A DNA stretch of 64,000 nt from an uncultured Gammaproteobacteria bacterium (GTDB lineage: Bacteria > Patescibacteriota > Patescibacteriia > JAHIZJ01). Shown one piece after another: positions 11,058 to 21,394 of this stretch (position 1 is its first letter; each line of letters begins with the position of its first letter). The notes below the pieces were generated by a model. That model searched no databases, was not told where the DNA came from, and saw only the letters and a program-made list of their open reading frames with translations. The position numbers and the translations under genes were made by a program. The stretch spans positions 13,586 through 77,585 of the forward strand of contig CAZQLY010000007.1 of the NCBI GenBank assembly GCA_964594455.1, in the 5' to 3' direction.

Positions 11058-12067
11058 GAGGCTTTTCCCAACAACCTAATCGAAGGTTTGTTGCCAAACA
11101 AATTAATTACCGAAATCCATATTTTCATCGGGAATCAAAGCATGAACGAAACCACCGTTTCAGGCGGTTATACACATTTATCTCTATTCTAGTGTTTGCG
11201 GGACTGGTTTATCTATTTATTTACTCAAATCTATTTAAAGTGTCATCGATTGAAGTTAATAGCCCAAGTACCGGTCGTTTGTCTTTTGTAAATAATATAG
11301 TCAATGAATACTTGGAGGAAAAATCTTTATTTATCTTCCCAAACGACAATTGGCTGTTTTTGTCATCAAATAATCTAAACGATTATCTCAAAGATAAAAT
11401 CGAGGAGGCGATATCAGTTGAGTATATAACAACAGAGAAGAAGGTATGGAATAAAGTAATTATAACTTTTGAAGAAAGAACAGCCACCGTTCTGCTTAAA
11501 GAAAATGATGATTATTACTATTTAGATAATCAGGGTGTGGTAGTAAGCCAATATGTCCCACTGGCCAGTGACTTGGCGCAAGAGGGGACAGAAGAAGGCG
11601 AAGAATATGAATCATTGCCAAATTTTCCGATCATTGAAGGGGAGACTCAATCATCCATTGAAATAGGTAAAAGCGTACTACCAGCAAAATTAGTCCAATC
11701 AGTTTTAGTTATTAATGATTTGTTTCCTGAGAGGATCGCTGACTTAGAAATTAAAAACTTCACCACTATTATCAGAGAATGCTACTTTGAAACTATTTCA
11801 GAAGAAGGGCCAACTGGGGACAACGATAACAATGATAATGATGAAGAAGAAATTAATTACGAAACAATTGAAATCTGTCCCCAAAATGATTTCTCTGAAT
11901 TTGGATTGATAACTAACAATGACCTGACAATCTACTTTACTACAAACCAGAGTGAAACAGATCAAATAAATAGCTTGTATCTATCACTTAATGAGGAATT
12001 AGAAACAAAAATAGATAATTTAAGTTATATTGACCTGCGCTATTTACCTAGAGTTTATTATAAATAA
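11054..12067 (+). CDS. FtsQ/DivIB-like cell-division protein (single TM, POTRA-like) with acidic low-complexity insert
   Basis: Basic cytoplasmic N-terminus, one TM helix (LYTFISILVFAGLVYLFIY), position immediately downstream of ddl (conserved ddl-ftsQ synteny), GDNDNNDNDEEE acidic insert. Confidence 0.5.
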   Translation: MRGFSQQPNRRFVAKQINYRNPYFHRESKHERNHRFRRLYTFISILVFAGLVYLFIYSNLFKVSSIEVNSPSTGRLSFVNNIVNEYLEEKSLFIFPNDNWLFLSSNNLNDYLKDKIEEAISVEYITTEKKVWNKVIITFEERTATVLLKENDDYYYLDNQGVVVSQYVPLASDLAQEGTEEGEEYESLPNFPIIEGETQSSIEIGKSVLPAKLVQSVLVINDLFPERIADLEIKNFTTIIRECYFETISEEGPTGDNDNNDNDEEEINYETIEICPQNDFSEFGLITNNDLTIYFTTNQSETDQINSLYLSLNEELETKIDNLSYIDLRYLPRVYYK

Positions 12068-12070
12068 AGC

Positions 12071-13018
12071 ATGATTCTACTTTGGATTTTAATTCTTGTA
12101 GTTAGCTTACTGGCAATAGTAAAGGCCTCTGATTATTTTACAGATGCTAGCGAAAGGTTGGGACATATTTTGAAGCTGAATATGTTCTTTATCGGCATTA
12201 CAATTGTTGCCTTAGGTACTAGTTTGCCTGAGTTGGCCATTTCAATTCTGTCCGTAACCAATAATTCAAGCGAAATTGTCATTAGTAATGTTGTCGGATC
12301 CAATATATTCAACATCCTGATTATAGCTGGTGTGGCTTTTTTGCTGTCGAAGCATTTTGAGATAAAGAAAAAATGGAGTTATCTTTACCTGACCTTATCA
12401 GCAACATTCATAGTTATCACGTCTGTATTTTTTGGTGATCAGAAATTTTTATACTACGAAGGCATAGTTGGGATAGTGGTTTTTTGCGCTTATCTGATTT
12501 TTATCCAGGCGGTGAGAAAAGATAGGGATCTGCATGAGATATTTAACTTCCGTCGACCGCCATTATTTGCTGAAAGATCGCATGGCCATGGTCGGTCAAT
12601 GGGCGTGATCATAATCTCTCTGGTAGTAATATATTTTGGCGCTTGGGCTATTATTCAATCAATAATCAATATAGCTGATACATTAAACATAGAAAAAGCC
12701 ATCATTGCCGTAACAGCGGTTGCTATAGGTACTTCTTTGCCAGAATTGCTGGTAACTTTCTCAGCGGTCAAGAAAAAAAGCTATGATTTGATTGTTGGAA
12801 ATATTGCAGGCTCCAACATGATAAACGCTTTTTTAGTCTTGGGAGTGCCTTCGTTGATAAAACCGCTAAATATACCATTTTCCATCATAGAGATAGGAAT
12901 GCCTTTTTTACTGTATTCTACGCTTCTAATCGCCATTTTTGGCCTTCTAGGCTATACAAAGAGGTGGCTAGGACTCGTATTCCTCATAACCTATATGTTA
13001 TTTATACTTATTATATAA
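12071..13018 (+). CDS. Ca2+/Na+ antiporter family (CaCA/YrbG-like) membrane protein
   Basis: Two internal alpha-repeats each with G(T)SLPEL motif (GTSLPELAIS and GTSLPELLVT), about 10 TM helices. Confidence 0.75.
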   Translation: MILLWILILVVSLLAIVKASDYFTDASERLGHILKLNMFFIGITIVALGTSLPELAISILSVTNNSSEIVISNVVGSNIFNILIIAGVAFLLSKHFEIKKKWSYLYLTLSATFIVITSVFFGDQKFLYYEGIVGIVVFCAYLIFIQAVRKDRDLHEIFNFRRPPLFAERSHGHGRSMGVIIISLVVIYFGAWAIIQSIINIADTLNIEKAIIAVTAVAIGTSLPELLVTFSAVKKKSYDLIVGNIAGSNMINAFLVLGVPSLIKPLNIPFSIIEIGMPFLLYSTLLIAIFGLLGYTKRWLGLVFLITYMLFILII

Positions 13019-13070
13019 ATATAGCTTCGCAAATTGTATATTGTGCGAAGCATTAACAATCCTCCCCTTT

Positions 13071-13108
13071 AGTAAAACAGGCTACTTATCAAGCCTGCTT
13101 TTATTTCG
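13071..13108. terminator. bidirectional intrinsic terminator between convergent antiporter and M23 peptidase genes
   Basis: Hairpin caggct-N8-agcctg flanked by A-rich 5' and CTTTTATTT 3'. A second hairpin gcttcgca-N12-tgcgaagc at 13024-13051. Confidence 0.5.
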
Positions 13109-13110
13109 TT

Positions 13111-14490
13111 CTATGGTAGATAATCTAACGGGTTGACTGGTATACCATCCAATCTGACTTCAAAATGCAAATGCGGACCAGTAGTTAATCTGCCTGCTCC
13201 AGGAGTACCCGGCATGCCACCGCTTAGTCCAATAACCTGTCCACGAGTCACATAAGACTCTTCTTCGACTTTTATATCACTAATATGTCCGTAGACTGTA
13301 GATAGTCCATTAGCATGGATAATCATAATATAGCTGTATCCCAGTCCAGCATCTTTAGCTCTGGCTACATATCCCGAGGCAGCAGCTTTAACCGGTGTCC
13401 CCTGCGCTGCTCGAAGATCTATGGCTGGATGTTCAAACAAGTGTCGGAAAATATAAGCAGGGTCATGGAAATAGGCTGTGATACCTCCAGCCGGGCTTAC
13501 AGGCCAGGATAAAGTTTTAGAGTCATCAATTGAAAGCAGGTCTTCACCTTCGAGTTGTTTCCTGATTGTCTCTTCAATAAGTGTTATTTCTGAATTAACA
13601 CTCATCTGCTCACTCTTAACAGCACTGAGCAGTTCTTGATATTGGCTTTCGCTATTCAATACATCTTGGAGCAATTGTTCTTTGTAGTCCTGCTGCCCAA
13701 GAAGTTCCTGCTGTTCAGCTTCTAGAGTTGTTTTTTTGTCGTTTAAATCAGATTCTTTGGTCTCTAATTCAGCGTTTATAACTTGCAAATCTATTTTGAG
13801 TTGAGTTACTTCATCAAGGGAACCTTTCAAACCGTGTTCTAAATCCTCAAGGTAATTCATCTGACTATAGAAGTTGGAGAATTTGTTTTCCTGTAAAAGA
13901 ATTTCAAAAAGATTTTTATCTTGATAGGTGTTAATCTGCCTGATGAGTTCAGCCAAGCGTACTTTTTGATCAACTATTTGCTCTTCTCTTTCTGAGATCT
14001 TTCTAGTCACTTCTTTAATTTGTAATCTCAATGTTTCAATCTCTGTTTCTGTTATTTGAATCTCAACCTCAGTCTTGTTTATCTGGTCATCTAATGATTC
14101 TACTTGGGTTTCCAGCGTTATTGACTCTTGCTGCTTAATAGCAATATTTTTTCGATATGTTTCGTGTTTGGCATTTAATTCATCTAGTCTTTGTTTACGT
14201 TCTTGAATTTGTAAATTAAGCTCCAACATAGCTTCATCAGTAACTTCCTCATCTTCGGTATTTTCCTCTTCAGTATTTGTCGTATCCCCTGTATCGTTGT
14301 TGTCCTCAACAGCTGTGTCAGTATTAGTGTTGTCAGTTTCAGCTAAGGTTATCGGAGTGTAAGCCAATACAATAAAAGCAATAACCATGCTTGTTATTGC
14401 TCGGAAAAAGATAGTATTGGTTTTATTCTTGTTTTTCATACGAATATTCGCAGTAAATGTTATTCTACCAAAAAAAAAGCTTTTTGGCAA
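13111..14490 (-). CDS. M23 family metallopeptidase with long N-terminal coiled-coil (EnvC-like murein hydrolase)
   Basis: Signal/TM anchor. Asp/Thr/Asn/Glu-rich low-complexity stretch. About 250 aa heptad-like coiled coil. C-terminal LytM domain with HxxxD (HPAIDL) and HxH (HLHFEV) zinc ligands. Confidence 0.8.
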   Translation of the reverse strand: MPKSFFFGRITFTANIRMKNKNKTNTIFFRAITSMVIAFIVLAYTPITLAETDNTNTDTAVEDNNDTGDTTNTEEENTEDEEVTDEAMLELNLQIQERKQRLDELNAKHETYRKNIAIKQQESITLETQVESLDDQINKTEVEIQITETEIETLRLQIKEVTRKISEREEQIVDQKVRLAELIRQINTYQDKNLFEILLQENKFSNFYSQMNYLEDLEHGLKGSLDEVTQLKIDLQVINAELETKESDLNDKKTTLEAEQQELLGQQDYKEQLLQDVLNSESQYQELLSAVKSEQMSVNSEITLIEETIRKQLEGEDLLSIDDSKTLSWPVSPAGGITAYFHDPAYIFRHLFEHPAIDLRAAQGTPVKAAASGYVARAKDAGLGYSYIMIIHANGLSTVYGHISDIKVEEESYVTRGQVIGLSGGMPGTPGAGRLTTGPHLHFEVRLDGIPVNPLDYLP

Positions 14491-14502
14491 ATTTATTATT
14501 CC

Positions 14503-15954
14503 TTAGCTAAGCTTTTTGATAGCGATTTCTATCCGGTTGATGGTTTCTTCTTTTCCTAGAACGTCAGCAATATCAAACACATCTGGTGAGGCTTTTTTAC
14601 CCGAGAGAGAGACTCTGAGGGACCAAAGCATTTCTCCAGTCTTGAGCGAATTGTCTTTTATGTAATCAAAAAATATTTTTTTTAATTGTTCAGCATTGAA
14701 ATCATCATCACTGACATTCCGTATAAGTTCCAATGACTGCTTTAAATGTTGAATTGATTTTTCTTTGTCGCCTTTTTTGGGAATTAGAAATTCGCCATCA
14801 TAATCCAGATGTTTAAACAAGAAAGCGGCCAACTCACCCACTTCATTCAAAGTAACTAATCGTTCTCTGAATAAGTTGGTCACCCTCTGCAGTTTTTTCA
14901 TATCTTCTGTTGGAATCCCGGCTTGATTGTAAAACGGCAAACATTTCTCAGTGAGCTCTTCTAAACTTAGTTGTCGGATATAGTAGCCATTTAAATAATT
15001 CAAACGCTCCAGGTTAAAAACCGCGCCCGCTTTATTTACCTTGGCAAACGAAAACTCTTTGATTAATTCATTAAGGGTAAAAATTTCTTTCTCGTTTTTT
15101 GGATTCCAGCCCAGCATTACTATGAAATTTAAAACCGCCTCAGACAAATAACCTTGGTCTCGATACTCTAAGGCTGAAATAGCCCCATCACGTTTGCTTA
15201 ATTTACCTCCTTTGGGACTCAAGATTAGCGGTAAGTGCGCCATCTCTGGGATGTCCCAGCCAAACGCTTGATATAACCAAATGTGTTTCGGCGCGCTAGG
15301 CAGCCATTCCTCAGCTCTTATGACGTGGCTAATTTCCATTAGATGGTCGTCAATCACATTAGCCAGCTGATAAGTTGGGTAGCCATCAGTCTTCATTAAG
15401 ATGGCATCATCAAGATTTACAAATGAAAACTCGACCCGTCCCCTGATCAGGTCGTTAATTACAATAGTCCCCTGCCCCGGTAGTTTCATCCGGACCACAT
15501 GGGGCTCACCATTGGCCACTCTTTTGGCAGCTTCATCTTTTGGTATCTCCCGACACTGTTGGTCATAGCGCGGTGCAATCTTTTGAGCTTGCTGTATCTT
15601 TCTTACTTTTTCCAACCTCTCTGGCTGGCAAAAGCAATAGTAGGCTTTATCTTTTTCTATTAACTCTTCAATATTTTTTTTATAAATATCTAAACGCTGA
15701 GACTGGTAATAGGGGCCATATTTGCCCTCTTTTTCCGGGCCTTCGTCATAATCCAAGCCATACCAATTTAAAGCCTCAATGATATTTTTAACACTGCCTT
15801 CTACCAACCTGGTCTGATCAGTGTCCTCAATACGCAAAACAAAATCTCCTTGGTTTTGCCTAGCAAATAACCAACTAAACAAAGCAGTTCTTAAGCCCCC
15901 GATATGGAGGAAACCCGTGGGACTGGGGGCAAATCTGACTCGCACTTTTTTCAT
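14503..15954 (-). CDS. gltX: glutamate--tRNA ligase
   Basis: HIGH motif (PSPTGFLHIGG) and KMSKS variant (KLSKR), 483 aa class I aaRS. Confidence 0.9.
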   Translation of the reverse strand: MKKVRVRFAPSPTGFLHIGGLRTALFSWLFARQNQGDFVLRIEDTDQTRLVEGSVKNIIEALNWYGLDYDEGPEKEGKYGPYYQSQRLDIYKKNIEELIEKDKAYYCFCQPERLEKVRKIQQAQKIAPRYDQQCREIPKDEAAKRVANGEPHVVRMKLPGQGTIVINDLIRGRVEFSFVNLDDAILMKTDGYPTYQLANVIDDHLMEISHVIRAEEWLPSAPKHIWLYQAFGWDIPEMAHLPLILSPKGGKLSKRDGAISALEYRDQGYLSEAVLNFIVMLGWNPKNEKEIFTLNELIKEFSFAKVNKAGAVFNLERLNYLNGYYIRQLSLEELTEKCLPFYNQAGIPTEDMKKLQRVTNLFRERLVTLNEVGELAAFLFKHLDYDGEFLIPKKGDKEKSIQHLKQSLELIRNVSDDDFNAEQLKKIFFDYIKDNSLKTGEMLWSLRVSLSGKKASPDVFDIADVLGKEETINRIEIAIKKLS

Positions 15955-15956
15955 AT

Positions 15957-16871
15957 TTATAGCCAGTTCCTTTTACGCAAAATAAATATGCTTCCAATCA
16001 CAACACTTAGAATCAATACTCCCATAATGGCAACTCCCCAGAGGTTTTCAGTAAACGGCAATCCATCTATATTCATTCCATAAATCCCTGTCAACAAAGT
16101 TAAAGGAAGCAAAGCCACAGAAATTATTGTCAGGGTTTTCATAACATTGTTAATGCGCTGAGACAGCAAGAAGTCATTGGTTATAGTAACCCCTTCAATG
16201 CTGTCTCGGAAATTATCCAGCAATATGCAGGCTCGATCCAGAAAGTCTTGTATATCGTCAAAATAGACATTAAGTATTTCCGGCAAAAATCTTTTTTTAG
16301 TGTTCATGATTCTGGAAATCAGCGGCCTTTGCGGGTCAAGTATTCTTCTTAAATTAAGTACGTTCCTTCTTATGATAGCTATGTCATAAGCCGTCTTTTT
16401 TGGCTGTTCATTGTATACGCTTTCCTCCACCTGAAAAACGCTGTTTCCAAACTTAGTTAAAATAGGTGTAGTTTGTCTAAATACGTGATCTAATATTTTA
16501 TAAAGCTGAAATCCTGATGTGAGCTTTGTGGTCTTCTTTAATTTCTTTTGCTGTTTAAATTTTTCAAATATTTGCTTGATCGGCTCATATCCTTTATCTA
16601 TCACTGTGATTATCAAATCGTCTTTCAGGAACACGCCAGTTTCTACAAAATTTATTCTTTTATCCTTTTCGTTGTAATAAGGAAAATGAAAAACTAAAAA
16701 AACATAACTCCGATAAATATCTATTTTCGGACGGTGTCTATTTCCAGGATTCAAGTCTTGAATGTCTAAAGGATGAAAACCGAATTTTTTTAAAAATTCA
16801 ATATCATCATTATTGACGTTATCAATTGAGATCCAGGTTAGATTTTGCCTTTCAGCGATGTTTCTTGCCAT
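15957..16871 (-). CDS. corA: CorA family Mg2+/Co2+ transporter
   Basis: Two C-terminal TM helices with YGMNIDGLP (GMN signature), large cytoplasmic N-domain. Confidence 0.8.
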   Translation of the reverse strand: MARNIAERQNLTWISIDNVNNDDIEFLKKFGFHPLDIQDLNPGNRHRPKIDIYRSYVFLVFHFPYYNEKDKRINFVETGVFLKDDLIITVIDKGYEPIKQIFEKFKQQKKLKKTTKLTSGFQLYKILDHVFRQTTPILTKFGNSVFQVEESVYNEQPKKTAYDIAIIRRNVLNLRRILDPQRPLISRIMNTKKRFLPEILNVYFDDIQDFLDRACILLDNFRDSIEGVTITNDFLLSQRINNVMKTLTIISVALLPLTLLTGIYGMNIDGLPFTENLWGVAIMGVLILSVVIGSIFILRKRNWL

Positions 16872-17604
16872 GACTCCGGTAGATTAACACGTTTATTGGA
16901 AAAATAACAGTTGCATTGATTATTCGTTTCCAGCGCCAAGGTTCGCGATAAAGCCGATACAGCCATTCCAGGCCCAGGCTTCTTATTTTAGCCGGGGCGC
17001 GTTTTACTTTGCCGGACAAATAATCAAATGTCCCACCTACCCCAACAGCTATTTTTACTGTTTCTAATTTGGGTATATTATAGTAAATCCATTTTTCCTG
17101 CTTGGGTGCGCCAAAAGCGACAAACAGAATATCTGGTTTTTTCTTGTTAATTTTCTTAACCACCTTTTCGTCTTTCATCTTCCCAAATATGCTAAATTCA
17201 TTTTCTGCGCCGACTATCTTCAGATTAGGAAACATTCTTTTGGCGTTTTGGGCTGCTTTCATGGCAACTTCGTTTGAGGCGCCCAGGAAATAAACTTTTT
17301 TATGTTTCTCTTCGGCGATTGCGCACAGTTCTCTGACTAGCTCCACTCCGGTTATTCTTTGTTTCAATTTGTGTCCCAAAAAAACGCTGGAAATTTTTAA
17401 ACCAATACCGTCCGGGATGGAAAGCGAAGCCTTGTTTAATATCGTACGGAATTCTTTATCCTTCTGGGCCGTAACGCAAAATTCCGGATTAGGTGTTACG
17501 ATCTGGTTTTGATCGTCAGATTTCAAATACTCTTTCAGCTTGTTCTGAAGTTCTTCTAAATTCAGGCTATTAATTTTTACTCCTAAGATCTCCGTACTAT
17601 CCAT
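16852..17604 (-). CDS. WecB/TagA/CpsF family glycosyltransferase (GT26)
   Basis: About 250 aa, N-terminal ILGVKINSLNLEEL.. typical of TagA/WecG family. Overlaps corA start. Confidence 0.8.
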   Translation of the reverse strand: MDSTEILGVKINSLNLEELQNKLKEYLKSDDQNQIVTPNPEFCVTAQKDKEFRTILNKASLSIPDGIGLKISSVFLGHKLKQRITGVELVRELCAIAEEKHKKVYFLGASNEVAMKAAQNAKRMFPNLKIVGAENEFSIFGKMKDEKVVKKINKKKPDILFVAFGAPKQEKWIYYNIPKLETVKIAVGVGGTFDYLSGKVKRAPAKIRSLGLEWLYRLYREPWRWKRIINATVIFPINVLIYRSHGKKHR

Positions 17605-18154
17605 TTTTGAAACTAAATGATTCTATGATGGAATATTTAGACCCGTAGCTTAATAACTCGCTTTTCATCAAATCAACTTTTTCGTTCATATATTTAACGT
17701 TTAAATTAACGGGTTCCAATCTTAACACGTTCTTGTGAAGAATTCTACCCAAAGTGATATGAGGTTGAAAACGTTTGAAACCTGTCTCGACGATTCTGCG
17801 CTCTTTGATTTTATTTGAAATTTCCAGATACAATTTTGTGAGCGGTTCAGAAGAGCTTACGGTGGCACCAATAATCCTGGGATGATTTTCCGTGAACATG
17901 GTTTCAATGCTTTCTATTTCAATCTCCAATGGTCTAGTACTATCAGAAACGGATTGCAGAATTTCTTTTAGCTGAGCCACTCGATCCATATTTATATTTC
18001 CCAGGAACGACAATGTAATGTGCCATTTATGCTTTTCCGTCCATCTTACCTCTGCATATTCATTTCTCAATTTCTGCAAGTTATCATCCAATTCAGAAAT
18101 TACATCCTGAGGCAGCGGTATAGCAATAAATGCTCGTATAGTATTTTGCTCCAT
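17597..18154 (-). CDS. thpR: RNA 2',3'-cyclic phosphodiesterase (2H phosphoesterase, LigT/ThpR)
   Basis: Two H-x-T/S-x motifs (HITLSFLG and HITLGRI), 185 aa. Confidence 0.8.
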   Translation of the reverse strand: MEQNTIRAFIAIPLPQDVISELDDNLQKLRNEYAEVRWTEKHKWHITLSFLGNINMDRVAQLKEILQSVSDSTRPLEIEIESIETMFTENHPRIIGATVSSSEPLTKLYLEISNKIKERRIVETGFKRFQPHITLGRILHKNVLRLEPVNLNVKYMNEKVDLMKSELLSYGSKYSIIESFSFKNG

Positions 18155-18211
18155 TTTTGTGTATATTATTAGTTGAATTATACCATAAAATAAGCTATAA
18201 TCTAATACACG

Positions 18212-19228
18212 ATGAGAGAAGCAATTCTCTATAAAAAACTAGCAAATGACGTTGTAGAATGCTCTGTTTGTACACATCGTTGCAAGATATCCGATGGACA
18301 AAGAGGTATCTGTTCGGTCCGGAAAAATCGCCAAGGAACGCTCTACGCCCTGAACTATCAAAAGGCTATTTCTGAGGCCATTGATCCCATAGAAAAAAAA
18401 CCTTTTTTTCATTTTTCACCTGGCTCGTACGCTCTTTCTGTTGCCACCCTGGGATGCAACTTTCGTTGCGACAATTGTCAGAACTGGCAAATCTCACAGG
18501 GCTCAAAAATAAGTCCGGAGATTATCGGTGAAGAAATATCACCCAAGGATGTTGTTAGCCATGCTATAGCCCACAAATGCTCAAGCATTGCTTACACCTA
18601 TACCGAACCAACCATTTTTATAGAATACGCCCTGGACACCATGAAGCTCGCAACTGAACGCGGCCTGAAGAACGTCTGGGTCTCAAACGGATTCATGACT
18701 GCTGAAACCCTCAAGACCATTAAGCCATACCTTAACGCTATCAATATTGATCTGAAATATTTCGACAATAAAAAATATTTGAAATATTGCGGCGGACGCT
18801 TACAGCCCATCTTGGATAACATTGTCGCCTTGAAAAAAATGGGCGCCTGGGTAGAGATAACAACTCTCGCTATCCCCTCTTTAAGTGATGATGAAAAAAC
18901 TTTTACAGATATTGCTAAGTTCATTAACGACAAAGTTGGTTCGGATACTCCTTGGCACGTCTCGAAATTTGCCCCAGAGATATCCTTCAAGATGAATGAG
19001 TTCAGTGCTACCGAAATCTCTGCTCTGGAAAAAGCCGCCGCTATCGGAAAGAAAGTGGGGTTGAAATATATCTACATCGGTAACGTTCCTAATCACAAAT
19101 TAGAAAACACCTTTTGTCCCGAATGTAATAACATGGTCATTGAACGGTTGGGCTATCAAGTTGTGCGACGAGATGATAACGGGACTTGCCCAAATTGCCA
19201 AACAAAATTATCAATAATAACAAACTAA
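18212..19228 (+). CDS. amrS: AmmeMemoRadiSam-system radical SAM enzyme (PFL-activase-like)
   Basis: CxxxCxxC radical SAM cluster motif (CNFRCDNCQNW), additional N- and C-terminal Cys pairs. The Memo-like and AMMECR1 genes lie just downstream. Confidence 0.75.
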   Translation: MREAILYKKLANDVVECSVCTHRCKISDGQRGICSVRKNRQGTLYALNYQKAISEAIDPIEKKPFFHFSPGSYALSVATLGCNFRCDNCQNWQISQGSKISPEIIGEEISPKDVVSHAIAHKCSSIAYTYTEPTIFIEYALDTMKLATERGLKNVWVSNGFMTAETLKTIKPYLNAINIDLKYFDNKKYLKYCGGRLQPILDNIVALKKMGAWVEITTLAIPSLSDDEKTFTDIAKFINDKVGSDTPWHVSKFAPEISFKMNEFSATEISALEKAAAIGKKVGLKYIYIGNVPNHKLENTFCPECNNMVIERLGYQVVRRDDNGTCPNCQTKLSIITN

Positions 19229-19243
19229 GGAGATATAAAAATC

Positions 19244-20587
19244 ATGAAATTCGTCAGTCTATTAACACTCATTGCTCTGCTAGTACCTTATTCAGTTTTG
19301 GCTGTTGAATTTAATCCCAACAATATCATTTCCACGGAGCAGCTAATAGATTACCGGTCTATGTCTAAAACCCGCATCCAGTCATTTCTGGAAAAGCAGA
19401 ACGGCACTCTTAAAGACTACAACTATAACGTATACGGTGTAGCCAAGCCTGCGTCAGACATAATATATGATGCAGCGCAGTTTTACCAAATTAACCCCAA
19501 ATACCTATTGGTCCTCTTGCAAAAAGAGCAGAGTCTAATCAGCGATCCAGATCCTACCGAGGGTCAGTATGATTGGGCTACTGGCTATGCTGTCTGCGAC
19601 AGTTGTAGTAAGAGTGATCCCGCCATTCAAAAATACCGTGGCTTCTTCAATCAAGTAAACTGGGCGGCCAGAAGAAATCGCCAATACATTGACGAAGCCG
19701 GGCGGTGGCATTACAAAGTCGGTGGAACTTATAATATTGATGGTATCTCAGTAACTATGGAGAATCAGGCCACAGTTAATCTCTATACTTATACGCCACA
19801 TATTCATGGAAACCAGAATTTCCACCGGTTGTGGTACAGCTGGTTTAATACTCAATATCCAGATGGAAGTTTACTTCAGGCCGAAGGACAACCCGGTGTT
19901 TATCTAATCAAAAACGGAAAAAAACGCGCCTTCTGGTCTCAATCAGCATTCCTAGCCAGCTACAATAAGAGAAATATTATTACTGTAACCCAAGGTGAAT
20001 TAGATGCTTATGATGATGGTGTACCGATAAAATTTGCTGAGTATAGTCTTCTCCGAGGACCCGACGACAACGTTTACCTAATATCGAACAATAAAAAGAG
20101 ACTGATTGAATCTGACGAGGTTTTTAGACAAATCGGCTTCAATCCTGAAGAAGTAATTGACGTAGAAGATGTAGACATTGATAGTTATTCAAACGGAGAA
20201 CCAATAACAATCAATAGCACTTACCCAACCGGGATTCTAATGCAGTCAAAACAGACCGGTGGAGTTTCTTTTGTCCAAAATGGAGTCAGACATTCTATCT
20301 GGTCAAAAGAAATATTATTGTCACAGTTTCCCAATAGCCGGTTAACAATCATGGAGGAATCAGAAATAAACCAATATGCCAAAGGAGGCCCGGTACTCTT
20401 TCGCGATGGTGAATTGATAACTTCCCCCGGCACCAGCTCGGTCTACGTTATCTCTAACGGCCAGAGGCGCCGCATAACCTCCGCCGAAGTATTTAACGCT
20501 CTGGGCTTCAAGTGGAACAATATCATCTACACAAACGATAACGCGCTCGAAATCCACCCATTGGGCGAACCATTAACCCTAGACTAA
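19244..20587 (+). CDS. secreted protein with N-terminal conserved domain and four tandem ~50-aa repeats (core VYLIxNGKKRxIxSxEVFxxLGF)
   Basis: Signal peptide MKFVSLLTLIALLVPYSVLA. Repeats start at residues ~217, ~276, ~340 and ~399 (GVYLIKNGKKRAF / NVYLISNNKKRLI / GVSFVQNGVRHSI / SVYVISNGQRRRI). Inserted between amrS and amrB. Confidence 0.6.
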   Translation: MKFVSLLTLIALLVPYSVLAVEFNPNNIISTEQLIDYRSMSKTRIQSFLEKQNGTLKDYNYNVYGVAKPASDIIYDAAQFYQINPKYLLVLLQKEQSLISDPDPTEGQYDWATGYAVCDSCSKSDPAIQKYRGFFNQVNWAARRNRQYIDEAGRWHYKVGGTYNIDGISVTMENQATVNLYTYTPHIHGNQNFHRLWYSWFNTQYPDGSLLQAEGQPGVYLIKNGKKRAFWSQSAFLASYNKRNIITVTQGELDAYDDGVPIKFAEYSLLRGPDDNVYLISNNKKRLIESDEVFRQIGFNPEEVIDVEDVDIDSYSNGEPITINSTYPTGILMQSKQTGGVSFVQNGVRHSIWSKEILLSQFPNSRLTIMEESEINQYAKGGPVLFRDGELITSPGTSSVYVISNGQRRRITSAEVFNALGFKWNNIIYTNDNALEIHPLGEPLTLD

Positions 20588-20590
20588 ATA

Positions 20591-21394
20591 ATGTCAGTAG
20601 TTTTTGCTGGTTTCGTTCCTCATCCTCCAATTCTAGTCCCAGAGGTTGGAGGCAACGAATCAGAAAAAGTAAACACAACCGCCCAGGCTCTAAAGAAGCT
20701 AGGCCAAGAACTTCGGGCAGCTAAACCCGACTTCATAGTTTTCGTGTCACCACACGGTCCGATTCATCCGGATACTTTTCTGGTAAATTGCGCCGATCAT
20801 TTTGTCTGTAATCTGAAAGCGTTTGGTGACCATAAGACTTCTATCGAGTTACTCGGTCAACCCATCTTCTGCTCTCAACTTATAGAAAAAGCTAACCTCA
20901 ATAAAATCCCGCTTCAGCACATTGAAGTAAATGAAATTGATCATGGAATAACTGTGCCGCTTTATTATTTGATTGAGGGCATAGAAAATATTCCTGCCAT
21001 AATTCCAATTAGCTATTCACTAAACAATCTGCAAACTCACTTTGATTTTGGCCGCTTGATATACGATGTTTGTAAAGGATCAGACAAAAGATTTGCCCTG
21101 ATTGCTTCAGGAGACTTGTCTCATCGTTTAACCGTTGATGCGCCGGCTGGCTACTCAGCCAAAGGCCAAATATTTGATGATAAGCTCCTCGAACTAATTA
21201 ACAAAAAGGATGTCTCAAAAATAATGTCTTTTGATCCCGAACTAGTCGACGAAGCTGGAGAGTGCGGTTATAGATCTCTAATAATCCTTTTGGGATTTTT
21301 GGATCAAACCGAATATACCCCCAAAGTGCTTTCCTATGAAGGACCTTTTGGTGTTGGGTATGCTGTTATTAACTTTACTATCGATAAAATATGA
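20591..21394 (+). CDS. amrB: AmmeMemoRadiSam-system protein B (Memo/LigB-like class III extradiol dioxygenase fold)
   Basis: N-terminal FVPHPPILVPEVGG, His/Asp metal-ligand pattern, overlaps amrA by 4 nt. Confidence 0.75.
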   Translation: MSVVFAGFVPHPPILVPEVGGNESEKVNTTAQALKKLGQELRAAKPDFIVFVSPHGPIHPDTFLVNCADHFVCNLKAFGDHKTSIELLGQPIFCSQLIEKANLNKIPLQHIEVNEIDHGITVPLYYLIEGIENIPAIIPISYSLNNLQTHFDFGRLIYDVCKGSDKRFALIASGDLSHRLTVDAPAGYSAKGQIFDDKLLELINKKDVSKIMSFDPELVDEAGECGYRSLIILLGFLDQTEYTPKVLSYEGPFGVGYAVINFTIDKI